Source of the DNA: Podarcis pityusensis
Lineage: Eukaryota
Reading direction: 5' to 3' (one strand)
Length of the DNA stretch: 64,000 nt
Assembly: GCA_964106645.2 (NCBI GenBank)
Contig: OZ067045.1
Part shown: positions 23,301-38,300 of the stretch, piece after piece
Layout of the letters: every line of letters starts with the position of its first letter
Numbering within the stretch: position 1 is the first letter of the stretch
Translations under genes and position numbers: made by a program
Notes under the pieces: generated by a model
The model's input: only the letters and a program-made list of their open reading frames with translations
The model's database searches: none
Told to the model about the DNA's origin: nothing

Positions 23301-26300
23301 CCCTGGAGGTGCCAGCGTGGGCTCCACCACGTGCCCTGCTGAATCCACACAGATTCAGAGTCAGAATCTCAGGGAACCAAGCAGCAAAGGCAGGTTTCCA
23401 GGCAGGAAAAGCATTGACATGGCGTGATGCCTTCTTCTCCAGAAGCCACCTCACAAGGGGCTCACTCCACCTGCAGCCAGCTACTTCTTTCAAAATACTG
23501 GCAAGTCATAGCCAACTGTCCATTTCCGGCTCATGTGTACAATGCCTGCCAACTGCATGAAGCAGCCCTTAAACTCCGGAGGTGGCCTGGAGATTTGAAT
23601 CAAAGAATCACCCTCTTAGTCCAGAAGCTGCATCTTACACCACACCAAGCCCTCTCCTAGGAAGGCTCCCTCTCTCTCTCCCTCTCTCTCTCTCTCTCCC
23701 TCTCTCTCTCTCTCCCTCTCTCTCTCTCTGTCAGCTTGCTCAACATTTTCCTGGTTACATAGGAACAAAGCAAGCTGCCTTACTCTGTTGATCTAGCTCA
23801 GTATCATCTACACTGACTGGCAGCAGTTCTCCTTGCCCTGGAGATGCTGCCGAGGGCTGAAGCTGGGGCCTTCTGCATGCAAAGCAGGTAACTAGGGCCC
23901 CTTTCCCATTGCTTTCTCTTACCCCTTTGCTAAGAGAAATGCTGTTTCCCCCAAAGAGGCAGAGGAGTAACAGCCCATGCCACGGAAAGGCAACACTGCT
24001 GAGGATGCCACAACTTCTAGGGTAAGATGAGCAGAGGGTGACTGGGACTTACCTGGCTTATACTGGCAGGCCGGGGTTTCACTGGGACTCTCTGTGCAGC
24101 CTGAATTCCCCTCACCTCCTTCCCCCTCGGAGATGTTCTCAGCACCGTTGCGAATGGGCTCCCCTTCCTGCTCACCATTCTCCTCCGCAGCTTTCGCTAC
24201 CTTAAGGTCAGAGTGGGAGTCCCTCCTAGGGCAAGTCTTCTGGCTCATTGCCTCTTGTTCAGATTCAAGTATCCTGTCACCTCCAGGTTCCACTTCTGCT
24301 TTAGGCTGAAACAACAAGCAAGCCCCAAATCAGCGCCCTACTCTCTGCCAAGCACTCAATAGACAAAGCTCCACTGCCTCTAATCTAAGGACTGGAAGTC
24401 GCATGTGGCCCTCCAGACTCCTCTCACTGGTCCTTGGGACTCTTCCAAGGAAATGCCCCTTTCCTTAGCTCTGCTGCTGCACACCTGGTTGGAGCCGTGA
24501 GAATACTTCTCACTTGCCTAGATGGAGTGGCGTGTAGAATCCTGCATGACTGTACAAAGGGTGGGAGTTGCATCTACTGCCCTGCCTTCTTTTTTATGCC
24601 CCTGGCCCTGCCCTCCACTGGCCCCTGGAAGGCTGCCCATGAGGGAGAAAGGCTCTCAGTCTGAAAAAGGGAAATACTGGCCAAACAGAGATTATGGATT
24701 TTTTTTTGAAAAAACACACCAGGCATTCTCCAGTTTCTATCATTTTGGAATAGTTTCCAAAGTACTGACACTGCTCTGTTGCTGTAAAGCATCCAGAACA
24801 GCCCAAATGATTTTTTTAAAATGATTTTGTTTTTCAATTGACCCCCCCCCCACCAAATCAACACTTCCCCATCAGAACTGATTAAAAGCTCCACTAGCAA
24901 ACAATACTGCAGCCTCTGCCAACCTGGTGCCTTCTGGATTTCCTGGACTGCCAGTCCTAGCTGGCTAATGGGAGTCTGGAGAGGAGTCTGATGAAGGTTG
25001 TAGCACTCTTAACATTTTCCTCAACTTATCCCTCTCTACAAGGGCAGTCACTCAAAATCAGAAACTAGGCAAACTTCTGGGGCCCCTGGCTTAGTAGGTT
25101 CACCTCTAGGGCCAGAGAATCCCTTGAAACTTGGCAGCACGATGGCTCCTGAGCACCCCACCTCTCCGCCCTCCTGCCCACCTTACCTCGGGTTCGGCCT
25201 CCACCCCCTCCTCGGCGGCCTGGCTCCGCTCTTTTGGTTTGTTCCACATCTTTGGTGCAGTTGCAGCTGTTTGGGCTACAAGATAAAGTTGGACAGGTTA
25301 TTTGTCAAATCCGGAGCCTGCTTGGAACAGAACAGCCTTGAGCACGGGCTCCCTTTTTCCAGTAAACTTAAAACTATGGGGAGGGGAGAAACTTGCCTCA
25401 GCCTCACAGAAACAACCTGAAGACAAGGGGAAAGGGGTCACATTGACAGCTGACATTAGGAAAACAATTCAAGAGATTCTAGAGGTGCAAATTAACCAAG
25501 AGGTGACACTTCTGCCCCTCACTGAAGTTCCTCTGACTTCCTGACAATTTACGGAAGCGTGGCCCTGGCCCTGGCCCTGTTGCCTCTTCCTTGGTCCAAG
25601 GCAAGACACAGCAATAGGCAGCTGTGGGGTGCAGTGGGGACACAAAGCGGCCTATGTAAGTCCTCTTGTATGACTCTTGGCTGAGACTTTGTAAATGAAA
25701 CATTGAGAGCAACTGATTTTTGCAGTGTAATTTTAAATGCCCCTTGAAAAGATGATTCATTGTGCTTCCAACCTGGAAGATCAGATTCCCCCATCCCAAT
25801 TATCTCTTTCTCTCATGCACACCCACACCAAGTCAAAACACAGCCACAGTGCAGTTCTACACCTCCAACACCAGAGGGCAAACACCAACAGGGCCTATAT
25901 AGAGAGGTGGCTTTGGAGAACCATGAGTGCAGATTCTTCTTTGCTTAATATTGTTTCTGTTGCCAACAAGAGCAGAAATAGGTCTAAGCACCTTAAAATG
26001 TGCCAAAGGGTTAGCAGCTTGTTAACAGCATCAGCTTGGAAGAGACGGTGGACCCAGAGAGCTGTGACAAAGCACGAGGGGACAAAGAGCCTGGCCAGCT
26101 TTGACCCAAGGAAAAGAACTTAACCCTCAGTCCTGCTGTTCTTCCCCAGCGATTGCTATTTAGTGAGGATGGGGATTCTCAGAAGCCAGGTCTACCGACT
26201 GAAATGCATGGGGGTTCCTGGTCTACTCGCAGAAAACCACAGAGATTTTTGGTGGCCTGTTCTACCCACTGGTATTCAGAAGCAAGAGGCCTCTGATCTG

Positions 26301-29300
26301 GAAGGAAGCACATAGCCACTGTGTCCTATTGGTGGTCTTATCCTTCCAGGAATGAGTGCAGCATTTCAGCTGGTGAAATCAGTCAGGCCCATCTCAGTAG
26401 GGGAAAAAAAAAAACTATCTACAAAGAGCTCACCACCTACTTACTACCTCTGGAGGCTGGTGCGAAATGTGCTCCCCACACCCTGCCCTGCTGCAGCCAC
26501 AGTGGGCTCAAACTCACTTCCCCCAGTTCAGAAAATGGTCAGGGCTTTCCACAGAAACTAGTTACTGGTGGACACACAAATGACCTGCATAACTGTGCAA
26601 CAGGCAACTTTTCACCTACTCCTCAAAACAAGCCACAAAGCAAAAGTTACCCCCCGTCTGTGCATTAAATTGTAATAGGCTTAATTACCCTAAACCTCCC
26701 TCCTTCCTTCTAATTGCAATATTTAAGCATGATAGAAACAGAGGATAGTGGAGAGGGGCCTCCTTGTGCGGCGGCTTCTTTGAACGCCCGTAAATAAAGG
26801 CAATGAGGACTAATAAAGCAACACCGGATGCTTCTCAGCGGCACCTGACAGACCAACCCAAGATATTCTGGACTTTAGCAATTCAGAGCCAGCCTAAGTA
26901 GAAGTCATTAGAACTGCAGAACAGCCATTCATACGCCTGGAGTCACGGTTATTAAAACATTCCCAGATGCTTCTCTTTTTAACAATTGATGGCCATAATG
27001 CCCTCTTAAGTGATTTCTCTCTCCCCACTCCCCCCAGAGTCCCCTTCAAGTTAACTGCAGAGTTCAGTAATGAACCCAGTGCTTCCTCCCACGTAGGGAG
27101 ATGCCCAGAAGACAAACGCCACTGCTTAGAAATGCTAGTGGTGAACTGTCTTAAGCACATACCTGGGATTCTCCCACCAGGACAGGAACTGCAAATTCTG
27201 TGGCTACCCCACAAAGCAGCCCACGGCCTCCCTTTCCACTAGCACTGGCCACCAATGACCAAGGACGAAAGGATCGCAGGGAGGTCCGAGGGATGAAACT
27301 TAAGGCTTGACCGGAGCATAGCCCTGTTGCCATGTCATAATGCGATGGCAGAAGACTATGACATACTGCCCTGTCAGGCAAGGCTCAGGAGGAACCCTGG
27401 GAGGGGTGTGTGCAAGTCCAGGCCATGCCCACATGAGGCACCCCATGGCACTGGGTGAGAGGGGGGAGGAGCTACCATCTACTTCCGTCTGTGGTGGCAG
27501 CAGCCCCCATGTTTGCAGAGGAGGAAGGAATGGCATCAGCATTCAGACAATGGCAGTTGGGTGCGAAGAGCCATTTCAGAGACCCCCAAGTCATGTCCTG
27601 GTGCTGTCAGCATCTCTGCTGGCAAGGAGGCTCCACTGCCAAACCAAGTCCTTTGCAGCACTACAGAAGCTGGCTTCCCTACTTTCCACCACTTCAGCGC
27701 ATGCCCACACAGGGAGCTGCAACACAGATGAGAGGGAAAGCTTTGCAATCTTCCCCAGATCAAGAGCGTGATTAAGAGACGTGCTTGTGAAGGGCCCAAG
27801 TCTGAAAGGACAACAATCCAAGCACACCTTCTAAGGCACCCAAGCACCCTGGAGAGGCAGCTTCCAACTCACACAAAATATTGGTGAGAAGCAGGAACAA
27901 GCAGGTGCTACACTGACACAAGAAAAAAAGAGGGGCTTTTCCTAGTTCCCATCTAAACTCCACACCCCATATGCTGCTGCTGCTGCTGGCTGACTTTCCT
28001 CAAATCCTCACAAGCCACCAACATCCCATAATTGGCTTCTATGGGGCGGAAGAAGGAAGGAAAAGAGAAATTATTTTGGCAAAGCTGTGCAACTAGAGAA
28101 AATTAAAAGAAAACTACCTCAAACTGGGGCGATGATCTCTTTGATAAGAAATGCAATTCAAATACCATACATATTTCTCAGAGACACAGTGAAACTTTTA
28201 ACATTAAAGCGGTGTTGGCAAGTAATCTCACAAATCATTTGGGAGCAACTCGGGGGACTGCTTGGGTTTCTTTTTATGTAAAAGGAAAGGGAACAGTGCA
28301 AAGGTAAAAAGCCCAATCCTAAAGATGTAGGATAAAAATAACTTAAAAATGAGTAATATGGGAAGTGATTCTGAGCCAGAAAAGAAGGTGGGTTTTGTGA
28401 ATTATTTTTTTACGAGAGAGAGAGAAGCAGCAAAATGCCAAGCATTTGAACCATCCCAAGTCTGCCACCCACCCACCAATGCAGCTCTCCCTAAATGGTT
28501 GTTCTGCCTGCTTTCTGCTAGATAAAGCAGGAAGCATAAAAACAAACCACTTTCACAGGCTGTTTCTCGCTTTTGCTCATCATACCATAGAAGCCCTGTT
28601 CATTGTGGGGAAGGAAACAAGCCTACCCCGTCCCCATCAGTCCCTGTCTCCCCTTCAGGATTTGAAAAAAATCTAAGGAACTGGGCAAATTTCCCACCCA
28701 TCCGGCCTCCTCTGGGCCTACTTAGCTGCCCTCTGAAATACACATTTCTGGATCCTTTTCCAAGTTGCAACCGAACAGGAGAAAGCACACACTCACACAT
28801 GGAGTTGAGGCAACTAATCCTATTTCCCCTGTGCAGCCAACCTCCCCCCCCCCCCGCAACCCCGCAAAGCTGTCCAGGCTCTGAATAAACTGTACCACAG
28901 ACTTTTAAGTTGGGAGAGACCATTGTGACCCCCTGTGAGGATACTCACCTGCTCCGGGGCCCTTCTTTGAATTCAAGCCCTGAGAGTCTGCATTGTCCTC
29001 CGGTTGTCCGTCTACCTCCACCTCTTCTTTCTCCAGATTTTCCTGGGTGTCTTCGCCAAGGGTAGTTCTTGTGGCCTCCTCTCCTTCTAAATCCCCCTGA
29101 AGGGCAGGGAGGGCACCAGGTAGTGGGAGAGGAGAAGCAGATGGTGGCGGAGGAAGAGGGCTCATCGCTCTAACAGTAGCAGCGGCAGAAACGGGAGGAG
29201 GGCTGGGAGGAGGAGATGGAGGCAGAGACGGAACAGCGGGAAGAGCGACGGAAGCTGGAAGTGGCACACTTTCTGCCTCGTCCAGAGGTGCCTCTGGGCT

Positions 29301-32300
29301 CTCCAGATCCACAGCCAAGGGTCCAGCTGCCTCTGGTTGATCTGGTTCCAAGATGCCATCAGTCACTGTGACCCTTTCACTAACTCCGTTCAGTTCAGTA
29401 ATTAGATTAGTACTAGCAGTCACTTGGAGGTCGTTGGGGACTATTCTAGGGGGCTCCCTGCCTATATCCGCGCTGGCGTCATCTGTTGGGGGGCAGACGG
29501 GCACTTCCATGCAGGGCACAGCACTGTGAAGAGGTGCGGCTTCCTGTTTTGAGGAAGCAAGTTCACATCCATCCTCTGAGTCTGGTGCAAACGTTGATGT
29601 AGGAGGCAGAGGAGTGGTGGCGGCAGCAATGACCACCGCAGGGGAGGGCAAAGCCGTGAGAGGAAGCTCTGTTGAGGTCTCGGAGGAGGAGGTGGTCGGG
29701 GTCTCTGCTGTCAGGCCCATTTGATCTTTCCTCTCTCCACTAGGCTCTGGTCTGAGGGCAGGGGAAGGAGATTTTAATACTGGATCTGCTTTAGGCTTCT
29801 CTTCTGGGGGGAAAAAATGGAAGAGTTAGAAAGGGCCATTTAACTCGTCAGATCAGAATGAATTTGCATCAATTATCTATGCACTCCCACTTTCCAAGAG
29901 GAACTGCAGAAACCCCCACGCACCTCCCTGCCCAGAGTCCTCAATTCTCAGCCCAGAGGTTACTGAAGGAAGAAATGGGGATTAAGCAAGCAATGTGCTG
30001 CTCTTTTCTGTCAAGTTTGCTTGCCACCCATTCGGCAATACAAAAGGAGTCTGAGCCCCCAAACCCTAGCTGTTCTCTTTGGTGGTTCCTAATAGGGCAG
30101 TTTGGCTTCAAGGGCCACTTGCCTTGGCACTAAGAACCACCTCCTCACAGAGGAGGGGACTTTTTGGAGCCACAAAGGGCTCCCATGTGCAAGCAGTGTA
30201 GCTGTGAAAAAAGTGAACTACGGGCCCTTTTGTGGATTTCTTTGCCAAGGTTGCTTCGAAGACGCTGATTAACAACATGGATGTGCATTTACAGGATAAA
30301 TCAAAAGACAATGTCTCAAGTCCTGAGAACTATGTTGGAGCTCCCTCCGCCCCACAGCATTCGTTTTTTACCCTAAAGAGTCTTGTTATGTGCATGAGGG
30401 GTGGAGATGCAAGATGTACAATGGGAATCTTGGGATGCAAGCCCAATTCAGCAGCCAATGCAACGAGTGGAGCGCATGCATCGCCCCCAACCCCCACAAG
30501 CTAGGCTGGGCCTGGTGTCTCCTGTCACTACTGTCAAGGGACCAACTGAACTTCCCCCTTTGGACTCTTGGTGCCTTTCTAAACTCACAGTCAAGAGGGC
30601 CAGTCGCTATTTACAAAAAAGGTTTTGCCACTAATATCTGAAACCCAACTGTCTTGCACAAGTCAGTAAATAAGGGACTGAACACTGGAAGGCCACCTCT
30701 GCTATAGGGTCACCAAAGACAATGGCAGCAACTGAGGGGATTGGTTCAAGGGCACTGAAGCACCACTAGGAAAGAAGAGGACTAGTTTTGTGGGAGTCGC
30801 AAGGCTGAGAAATCTTCTGGCTGCCATTTTCTCAAAGCTTTTGCAGCCAGCCTCTGACTTTCAGATCAGCTATCATGAACTGACTGAATGCAACATCTTC
30901 ATTTTTTTATTTTTTGCCTTTGGCCAGACATAAAGCAGAATGTGGCTCACTCCCAGTAACTACAGTCTCTCACATGAGGTCTGGACGTCAAGATTTTCCA
31001 GAGGGGCTCTTCTTTCTGTCCTGTGAACACCCAAAGGACATTTGGTGGGCTCCTAATTGGGGAGCCCCTTCAGCGTCTGCTCCCAATGTCTAGAGCTCCC
31101 ATATCAAGGGGAGTCTATATAATCCCTTCTGCCAGCAAGAAAATACAGGTAGATCGCACCTTAGGCTGATTTCACTTTCTTGATCATACCTTACACGGAT
31201 CACTGAATTTTTTTAAAAATAAAAAGGGCCAGAAGAGCAAGAAAAAAACCCTGGAAGCCTTGTCCAAGATCTCATGAGCACCCTTGCAAGACCTTTATAC
31301 AGCTTAGTGAGAATGATGAGGTGTCTTACATGGAGGGGCAGGGGCAAGGCCTGCTCAGCACTGCTTGTGGACAGGTAGGGATGGTCTTGCAGGACCATTC
31401 CAGAGGCTGTTCTAGTTTTACATGCTTTTGCCTTTGCACGTGACAGCCAGGATCATAACCCCGACGTAATGTGAGATGCACCTGTGCATTTTTATCCTGA
31501 CAGGTGTTTGACCCCAGTACCTATAAATTGTTTAAATTTATTCTAGTGCCAGTGGTATTTAATTAATTCTATAGAAGTGATTTTACCTGCCTTGTTTATT
31601 GCCATTATTATTATCCAATTTTAACTGCCTGGGGCACCAGATGGGTTATGTATTTAAGAAATAAAGACTAAAAATTGCCCAGTCACCGTTACCTGCTCCA
31701 CCCCTTGCCCAGAGTCTTACCCCAAGGTGACCCTGCATATGCCAGAAGGAGGAGTTACAACCCAAAGCCCCATTGTACAGCTGGGGGAACTCAAGAAATG
31801 TGCAAGGTGTTCAAAGACCAGGTTTAATTTCTAATCTTGACATCTACAAGCACAGACTGTTTCATGGATACATCAAGTCTCAACAAGGCTCTTAGATATA
31901 TTCTAAGTTATATTGCAAAAACAGAAGTAAAGACGTGTATTTTAAGAGCATTTACTGTTGCAATGTTTTTATAACAACCAGAAAGAGAACAAGCGACAGC
32001 CCACCCATGCATAATTATAAACAGCGAAATGAATATTAAATTAACACCATCATTATTAAATTAAGAGCAACAACTATGAATGCCTGTCAGCCCAGGCAGC
32101 CCTACAAACACCCCCCCCCCCAACCAGACTCCTTCCTACTTGGCCAAGAGAGTCATAGCAGCTGCAGTGACTCAGAACCCTGCCAACAACGCCCCTAAAA
32201 TGTATCATTCCCCCAATGTCTTCTCCATCAGCCACCCCACAGAATACCAACAACCTCAGCTACACCTGCCTCCCTCCTCAATGGAGAACCCTAAGGAGTG

Positions 32301-35300
32301 CAGCTGGGTCCCTCTAAGCACTCAGCAGAGCAGCAACTGGGCAGCCCCTCCAAGCTGGCAGTTGCTGCCCTCCTTCCAGGTTCAGAGTGGCTGTGCTGGG
32401 TCACAACAGAACTGGCCAGAACTGTGACCACGACCGCTCGCTGCTGCAGCCACCTACGTCAACCACCCCTGCGGAGGTGTTGGCAGCAAAGAAGCACTTG
32501 GTTCTATTGAGCATTCAGTGGGGAGCAAGTGTGAAAGGAGCTGCCCAACGGGCCAGCAGTCAAGCTGCGGGGGGTAACTGATGGCTCTAGGGTGCCAAAG
32601 AAGGGGCTTCCTTGTCACAAAGAATTTACAGCTCATTTAAGCACTAGCTTGAGACTGCCTTTGCCAACCTGGTGCCTTCCAGATGTTGTGCTCCTATCGG
32701 TGATAGGTCATTCATGACACATTTTCCCCCTAGTCTGCCTTGGCCAAAATTCAGAAAACTTGTTAACTTCATGTGTTTTTGCCCAACAGGCTGCTTGTGA
32801 AAGCGCTACAGAAACCAGCAAGGTGGGTCAATGTTATCATCACCACCAACTTGCAGATGGGAAGCTGAAACGTGGTGCTTTCCACAAGGTCAGAAGTGAT
32901 TCAGTGTTCAGGCTCACAGATTCACCAGCTCTCGAGGCTCCTCACAGAGAGAGGGAGAGCACTTCTCAAAACTGGGACAAAGAGATCCGTCCACCCACCT
33001 TGCTTCAGGTCGCTTGTCACAGCGATGGGGGTGCTGGCAGCGAGGTGAGAACTCTCCATGGCCCCGAACGCCACAGGGCTGTGCTCGGGGACCTGGCTGG
33101 GCAGCTGCTGGGATTTGAAGTACAAAAAAGGGTGATAATGAGCATGCGAACATAAAAACTAGCAACATGGAACACAAGCGAGCAAGAGGGGCAGAAAACC
33201 CAGTTGGGTTGGAAAGGAAAAAAAAATCAAGAAAAGGAAGAAATAAGATATACGGTCATAAAAAAAAAAAGCGCATGGGGGGGGAGGGAGAAAAGCAGCA
33301 GGAGGAGAAAGACAAATTACTATTCACAGCAGCGAGAAGGGAGAAGGCACAACCAGTTATCTGGACACCCCCCATGCCATGGAATTTGGGGGGAAAGCAT
33401 GCCTCTCCCCTACCCAACTATTTAAAGGTTGCCACAATTCAACTGAAAGCCTTTCAAAGCACTTTGTTAAAAAAAAAATCAAGTGTTGAATAACAATAAA
33501 CCGAGAGGAGCTACAATTGGGGCATGTTCCACAACCCAAGTCCTGGAGACCCTCCCGCCTGAAGCAGCCAAGGTCCTTCTCCAACTTTCCTTGCCCTCAG
33601 AAGCTGGCTCATCTCTGGCAAGAAGTTTTCCAAGGACGACTGGCTTTGCCTTGCAGCTGATGAGAAGGAGAGGGTGAGGGCAAGAAGCGCCACCGGGATA
33701 CAGACGCTGCGCAAGGAGGCTACAGCAGAGAATGAGTGCCAGCCTCCTACCACCATGTGTCCGTCCCCACGCAGTTACCTGGGGTGGGGTGGGCGTGGAC
33801 GAGGGCCTAACCGTGGGAGGTGTGGGGTTGCGGCTTCCTCCACCAGACATGATCTCTTCCGTTATGTCTTTGCCCCCTTGGTTGGGATCTCGGATGCGGA
33901 TCTGGAAAGGATGGAACGAAGCACCCGCTCAAATCACCTCCCCCAAAAAGTGGCTTGGCTGGGGGTCCAGCCTCATGCTGTGAGGGGAGCATGACACTCG
34001 CAACTCACAGTTCAGAGGGCCGCACCAAGGGCCACAGCAGCACATGGTGGAAGGAAACCCCACCCCAAGAGGTGCCCCTTTTATAATGTTACACCCCCAC
34101 CCCTAAAGGTACCCCCATTATAACGCCCACTAAGGTGTTGCCAAGAGGTATTTTTGTTCCGAAAAGCTTTCTAAGTGGCTGAGGTCTCCACAATGGGTGT
34201 TTCTTTTTAGGGTTTTCCCATTCGTTTGCTGCTATTTTAAACTGTTTTGATTATATTGCATATATCACCTTAAAACACATAGGAGGAAGGTGAGTAAATA
34301 ACAACAAAGGCTTTAAACAGAACACCTGTGAGAGAGACTCCTCCCATGGTGAGGGGAGTGTCAACTTCCCCAGTTTCCAGCTTCTCCCTTCAACCCACAG
34401 GGCTCAGCGTTCAGCTGCAGAGCTCTCTTACCGTTTTCTTCTCCCGCTTGGCTGGTGGGATTGGCTGCTGCTGCTGCTGCGTAGGCACTATGATGGGTGT
34501 GGACTGATACACCGGGGGAGTTGGGTAGAAAGGTGCCCCTGCGGTGGGTAAAGGGGGACAAGGAAAATCTTAGGCTCACTCCTTTGGCTGCCTGCCTGTG
34601 GCAAAGCGCTCAAAGCCACGTCCCTTCACCCAGGACGAGCTACCTCAAAGTGTGACTCCTAGTTTTCCTCTTTCAAGGTCAGGGAAATGAGGGGCCACTT
34701 GCTCCCTCTGCTTGGGAGTGCCCCCCCCCCAGGCTTGCATATGTGTGTGTATATCACAGCAGCTTACTACAATGAAAAGCCATACAGTAAAACCATAAAA
34801 AAAATAAAAACAAGCATTATTAGACCACTGTGGAAGGATGTACTATTAACTGCCTGCACAGGCTTAGTGGAACAGAAGAGTTTTCAGTAGGCATTTAAAA
34901 GTTGGCACAGAAGGCGCCCGCTGAATCTCCAGTGGCAAAGAGTTCCATAGGAATGGGCCAATGACATGACAGGCTCAGTTTCTTTCCTGGAGGAACAAAG
35001 CCACCTCCTCAACCTCTGCATGAATGCACACACACACACACACACGCGCGCCCACACACACACACACACACACAAAATTGCCACCAGAGCCAATAAAGCA
35101 AAGTGCACCCTCTACTCCTAAGAAAGTAAAGACCTCAGAGTCTCCTATTTGCCAAAGGTTCTAAGCAAAGTGGTGAACATGCCCCAATTTCACAAGAAAG
35201 CTGGGCAGACTCCAGCTTCCAGAGATTTTCAGCCCCCAATCCACTCCCATACCTCTTTTTTTAAAACACCATTTTACGCCTTCTGATGGCAAGGCTGGCT

Positions 35301-38300
35301 CTGACCTCAGGTGCCAAAGGAATATCTCCAAGCAAGCTCTCCAGCAGTTAAGTGCTTTGGTTGTCCTTGCCTAACTCTCTTCCTGCCCCCTCTGCCCCAG
35401 GATGACCAGAGCGCACCAATAAGGCAATGCAGCCAAAGTGACAGAATTCATTCATCAAAATTAAAGAGGAAAATCTACTCAAGTCACAATTTAGACCTGC
35501 AACTTACATGTGATTTATTTGCACAACTGCAGCTTTGTGCAGATGGCAGGAAAATAAACGAACTGGAGGGGGCAGGCAGCCATAAGGGCTCATACAAGAT
35601 CTCATGCAACCTTCCCAGATCTTGATAAGCAAGGTGAAGGCTCTGGGAAGGCTGTGCAACACCTCTGGAAGACTGTGTGAGACTCCAGCAAGATCTCACA
35701 GAAGCTCCCCCGCCTCTTCCAGAGGCCTCGCATGACCTTCCCAGAGCCCAGTAAGACAGGGACAGTTAAACGGGGGTGATTCTGGGGTTTTTCCTGGCTT
35801 TGCATGATTTTGCATTTGCATGTGAACCCCTGGAATGTAACCTGCAGGCCTCCTGTATATTCATTTTAACACAGAGAAGCCAAAATGGGAATGCTACAGT
35901 GCTGAAGGTGTGGAATACGAACACAGGAAGCCTGGTTTGCATAAAGGTCAGTCTACAGGGTGAAAGGACCATATCAAATGGCCCTTGCTCTGCTACCCAT
36001 CCCCCTTCAAAGGAAACCTCTTCTTACCATAGGCGTTGGGGAACTCTCCGGGTCCCGGTCCTGGATAAAATGGTCCAGGCCCTGGCGGCTGAACGGGATA
36101 TTGTTGTGGGGGGCCCACATACGGAGGGCCGCTATGACGATACTGAAACAGAAATGGCACAAGAGGCTCAGAAAATGGCGCACGGCGCTTTATGAGCAGG
36201 AAAAGCTATCCTGCTAACTTATTAATGATGCCATTAATGCAGTTCCCCACTTGGCCCTGCAAATGCCAACTCTTGGCCTCATGGCAAGTGCTGGGCAGTT
36301 TGTCGCCCACTTCCTGACCTGCTGGTCCCTTGGCAGCAGGGACTAAGTCCACAATCAATACAATTCCAGACTACTTACTGGCCTCTCTTCCCACACCAGG
36401 CAGAGCAAAGAGGGAAAAGATGCAGCAGTGGAGGGCAATACAAAGGGCGCAGCCACCTACTTCACAGGGTTGTTGTGAAGACTTAAAAAGGGGGAGACTG
36501 AACATCATGGGTTGTATCCAACAGTAGGCCTGCTCAGAGGAGATCCATTGGAATCAACAGACTTGGTTAACCTAGGTGTGTTCATTTTGATGGGTCTACT
36601 CTGAGTAAAACTTAGCTGGATACAGTCCCATGCGATGCTGCTCTGAATACCTTTGAGGAATGCTGGGAGCTAAAAAAGCAATAAATAAATAAAACAAATA
36701 TATTGAAGATTCCAAAATTCCAGGGGAAGGGTCTCAGCAAAGTGGCAGAGCCCCTGCTTGGCATGCAGAAGGCCCCCAGGTTTGATCCCTGGCAGCATCT
36801 TCTTTTTTTTAAAAAAAATAATATTTATTATAGTTTCACAAAAAAAGAATCACATTAATAAAAAAGAAAAATTTAAGAATAAAAAGAAAAATACACACTA
36901 CAAAATACAAACGGGGAAAAAAAACAAAGTAAAAAGAAAAAACAGTTAAAAAAAAAATTCCGTCTTTTCATGACTTCTTTTACATTTACTTGTTTCCCGG
37001 ACCTCCTCATACCTCCCTCTTTTGTATTCCAATTCAGTTTGTTAATCCAGCAATTTCTTTCCCTCTTTTTTAATCCCAATCCTTAATCTTAGTATATTAT
37101 AACATTAAGTTTTAACCTATTAAACACCAATTTTTCCATTCTTTTAACCTTTTTAATCCTAATCCTTAATCTTGATATATTTATAACTTTAAAGCCTGTA
37201 CAGCTAGAAGCCACTTAACTTCAATCCAACATCACTCTAACATTCATTAATTTTGCAATATTTCTGTAAATAATCTTTAAATTTCTTCCAATCTTCTTCC
37301 ACCGACTCTTCTCCCTGGTCACGGATTCTGCCAGTCATTTCCGCCAATTCCATGTAGTCCATCACCTGGCAGCATCTTCACATAGGGCTGGGAAAAGACC
37401 CCTTCTCCTGAAACCTTAGGGGCCATTGCTGCCAGTCAGTGTAGACAATACTGAGCTAGGTGGGCCAATGGCCTGGGTAAGGCAGGTGCCTGCATACCAA
37501 GTGCCAGAGATTCCTCCCAGACCTGCCCCGATTCCCCTTTTCCACCCAAGGACTGAAAACTCAGGGGAAGGAGGGAAACGGAAGCACACCTGTGCTGTGG
37601 ATTTAACTTGCACCCAGCTGAGTCACAGGAGGGCTGACATTGAACACAACCTGCAGGCAGCTGCAGATACATCGTCACCACCAGCCGAATTAAAGAACAG
37701 GAGCACTTACATGCCTCCCTCCCTGACTTGCCCTACCTGCCATTAATGGCAAAACTTTACAGTCAACTCGCAACTTGCGCCGCGGTTCCTTTCTGGGGAT
37801 GTCACATAAAACCAAAATTGCTTATAGTCAAAACAACCCTGGAAACACCGTGGCATGAGCATCGCTACCTTGCTGAAATGCCAGTGCATTGTGTGGGTCT
37901 TGCCCTCCCCATGCAAGGCAGAGAGCTTTTAAGCTCTCTCACTTGCTTACCAGGGACTGGGAAGCTCTCACACAGGCTTAATGAGTTCTTCACCTTGCGT
38001 AGGTTTAATTTGTGCCCTGTTAGCTGGCTGGGTGCCAAGCCTGTGAAGCTGCGATTGTGCAGGTTAACATGCAAGTCAACTGTATCATTTTAAGGGTGCT
38101 GTGACCTTACCTGTGGTATACAGTACTGGGGGCCCTGAGGCATTGGATACGGCATAGGAAGGTGGTTCACCATCATGATGTGCTGATTGGTCTGATAGAC
38201 AGCGGTTGGCGTCTGTGCACCAGGACGGATGGAAGGGCTGCTATTCTGGATCGTTGCTCTGGGAGGCTGGATTTGAGGCCTCTGGAAAAACTGGAGGAGG

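Noticed and set aside
26740-27360. Possible conserved non-coding or structured RNA patches (locally CpG-containing)
   Set aside because: No defined motif or stable fold could be supported without alignments.
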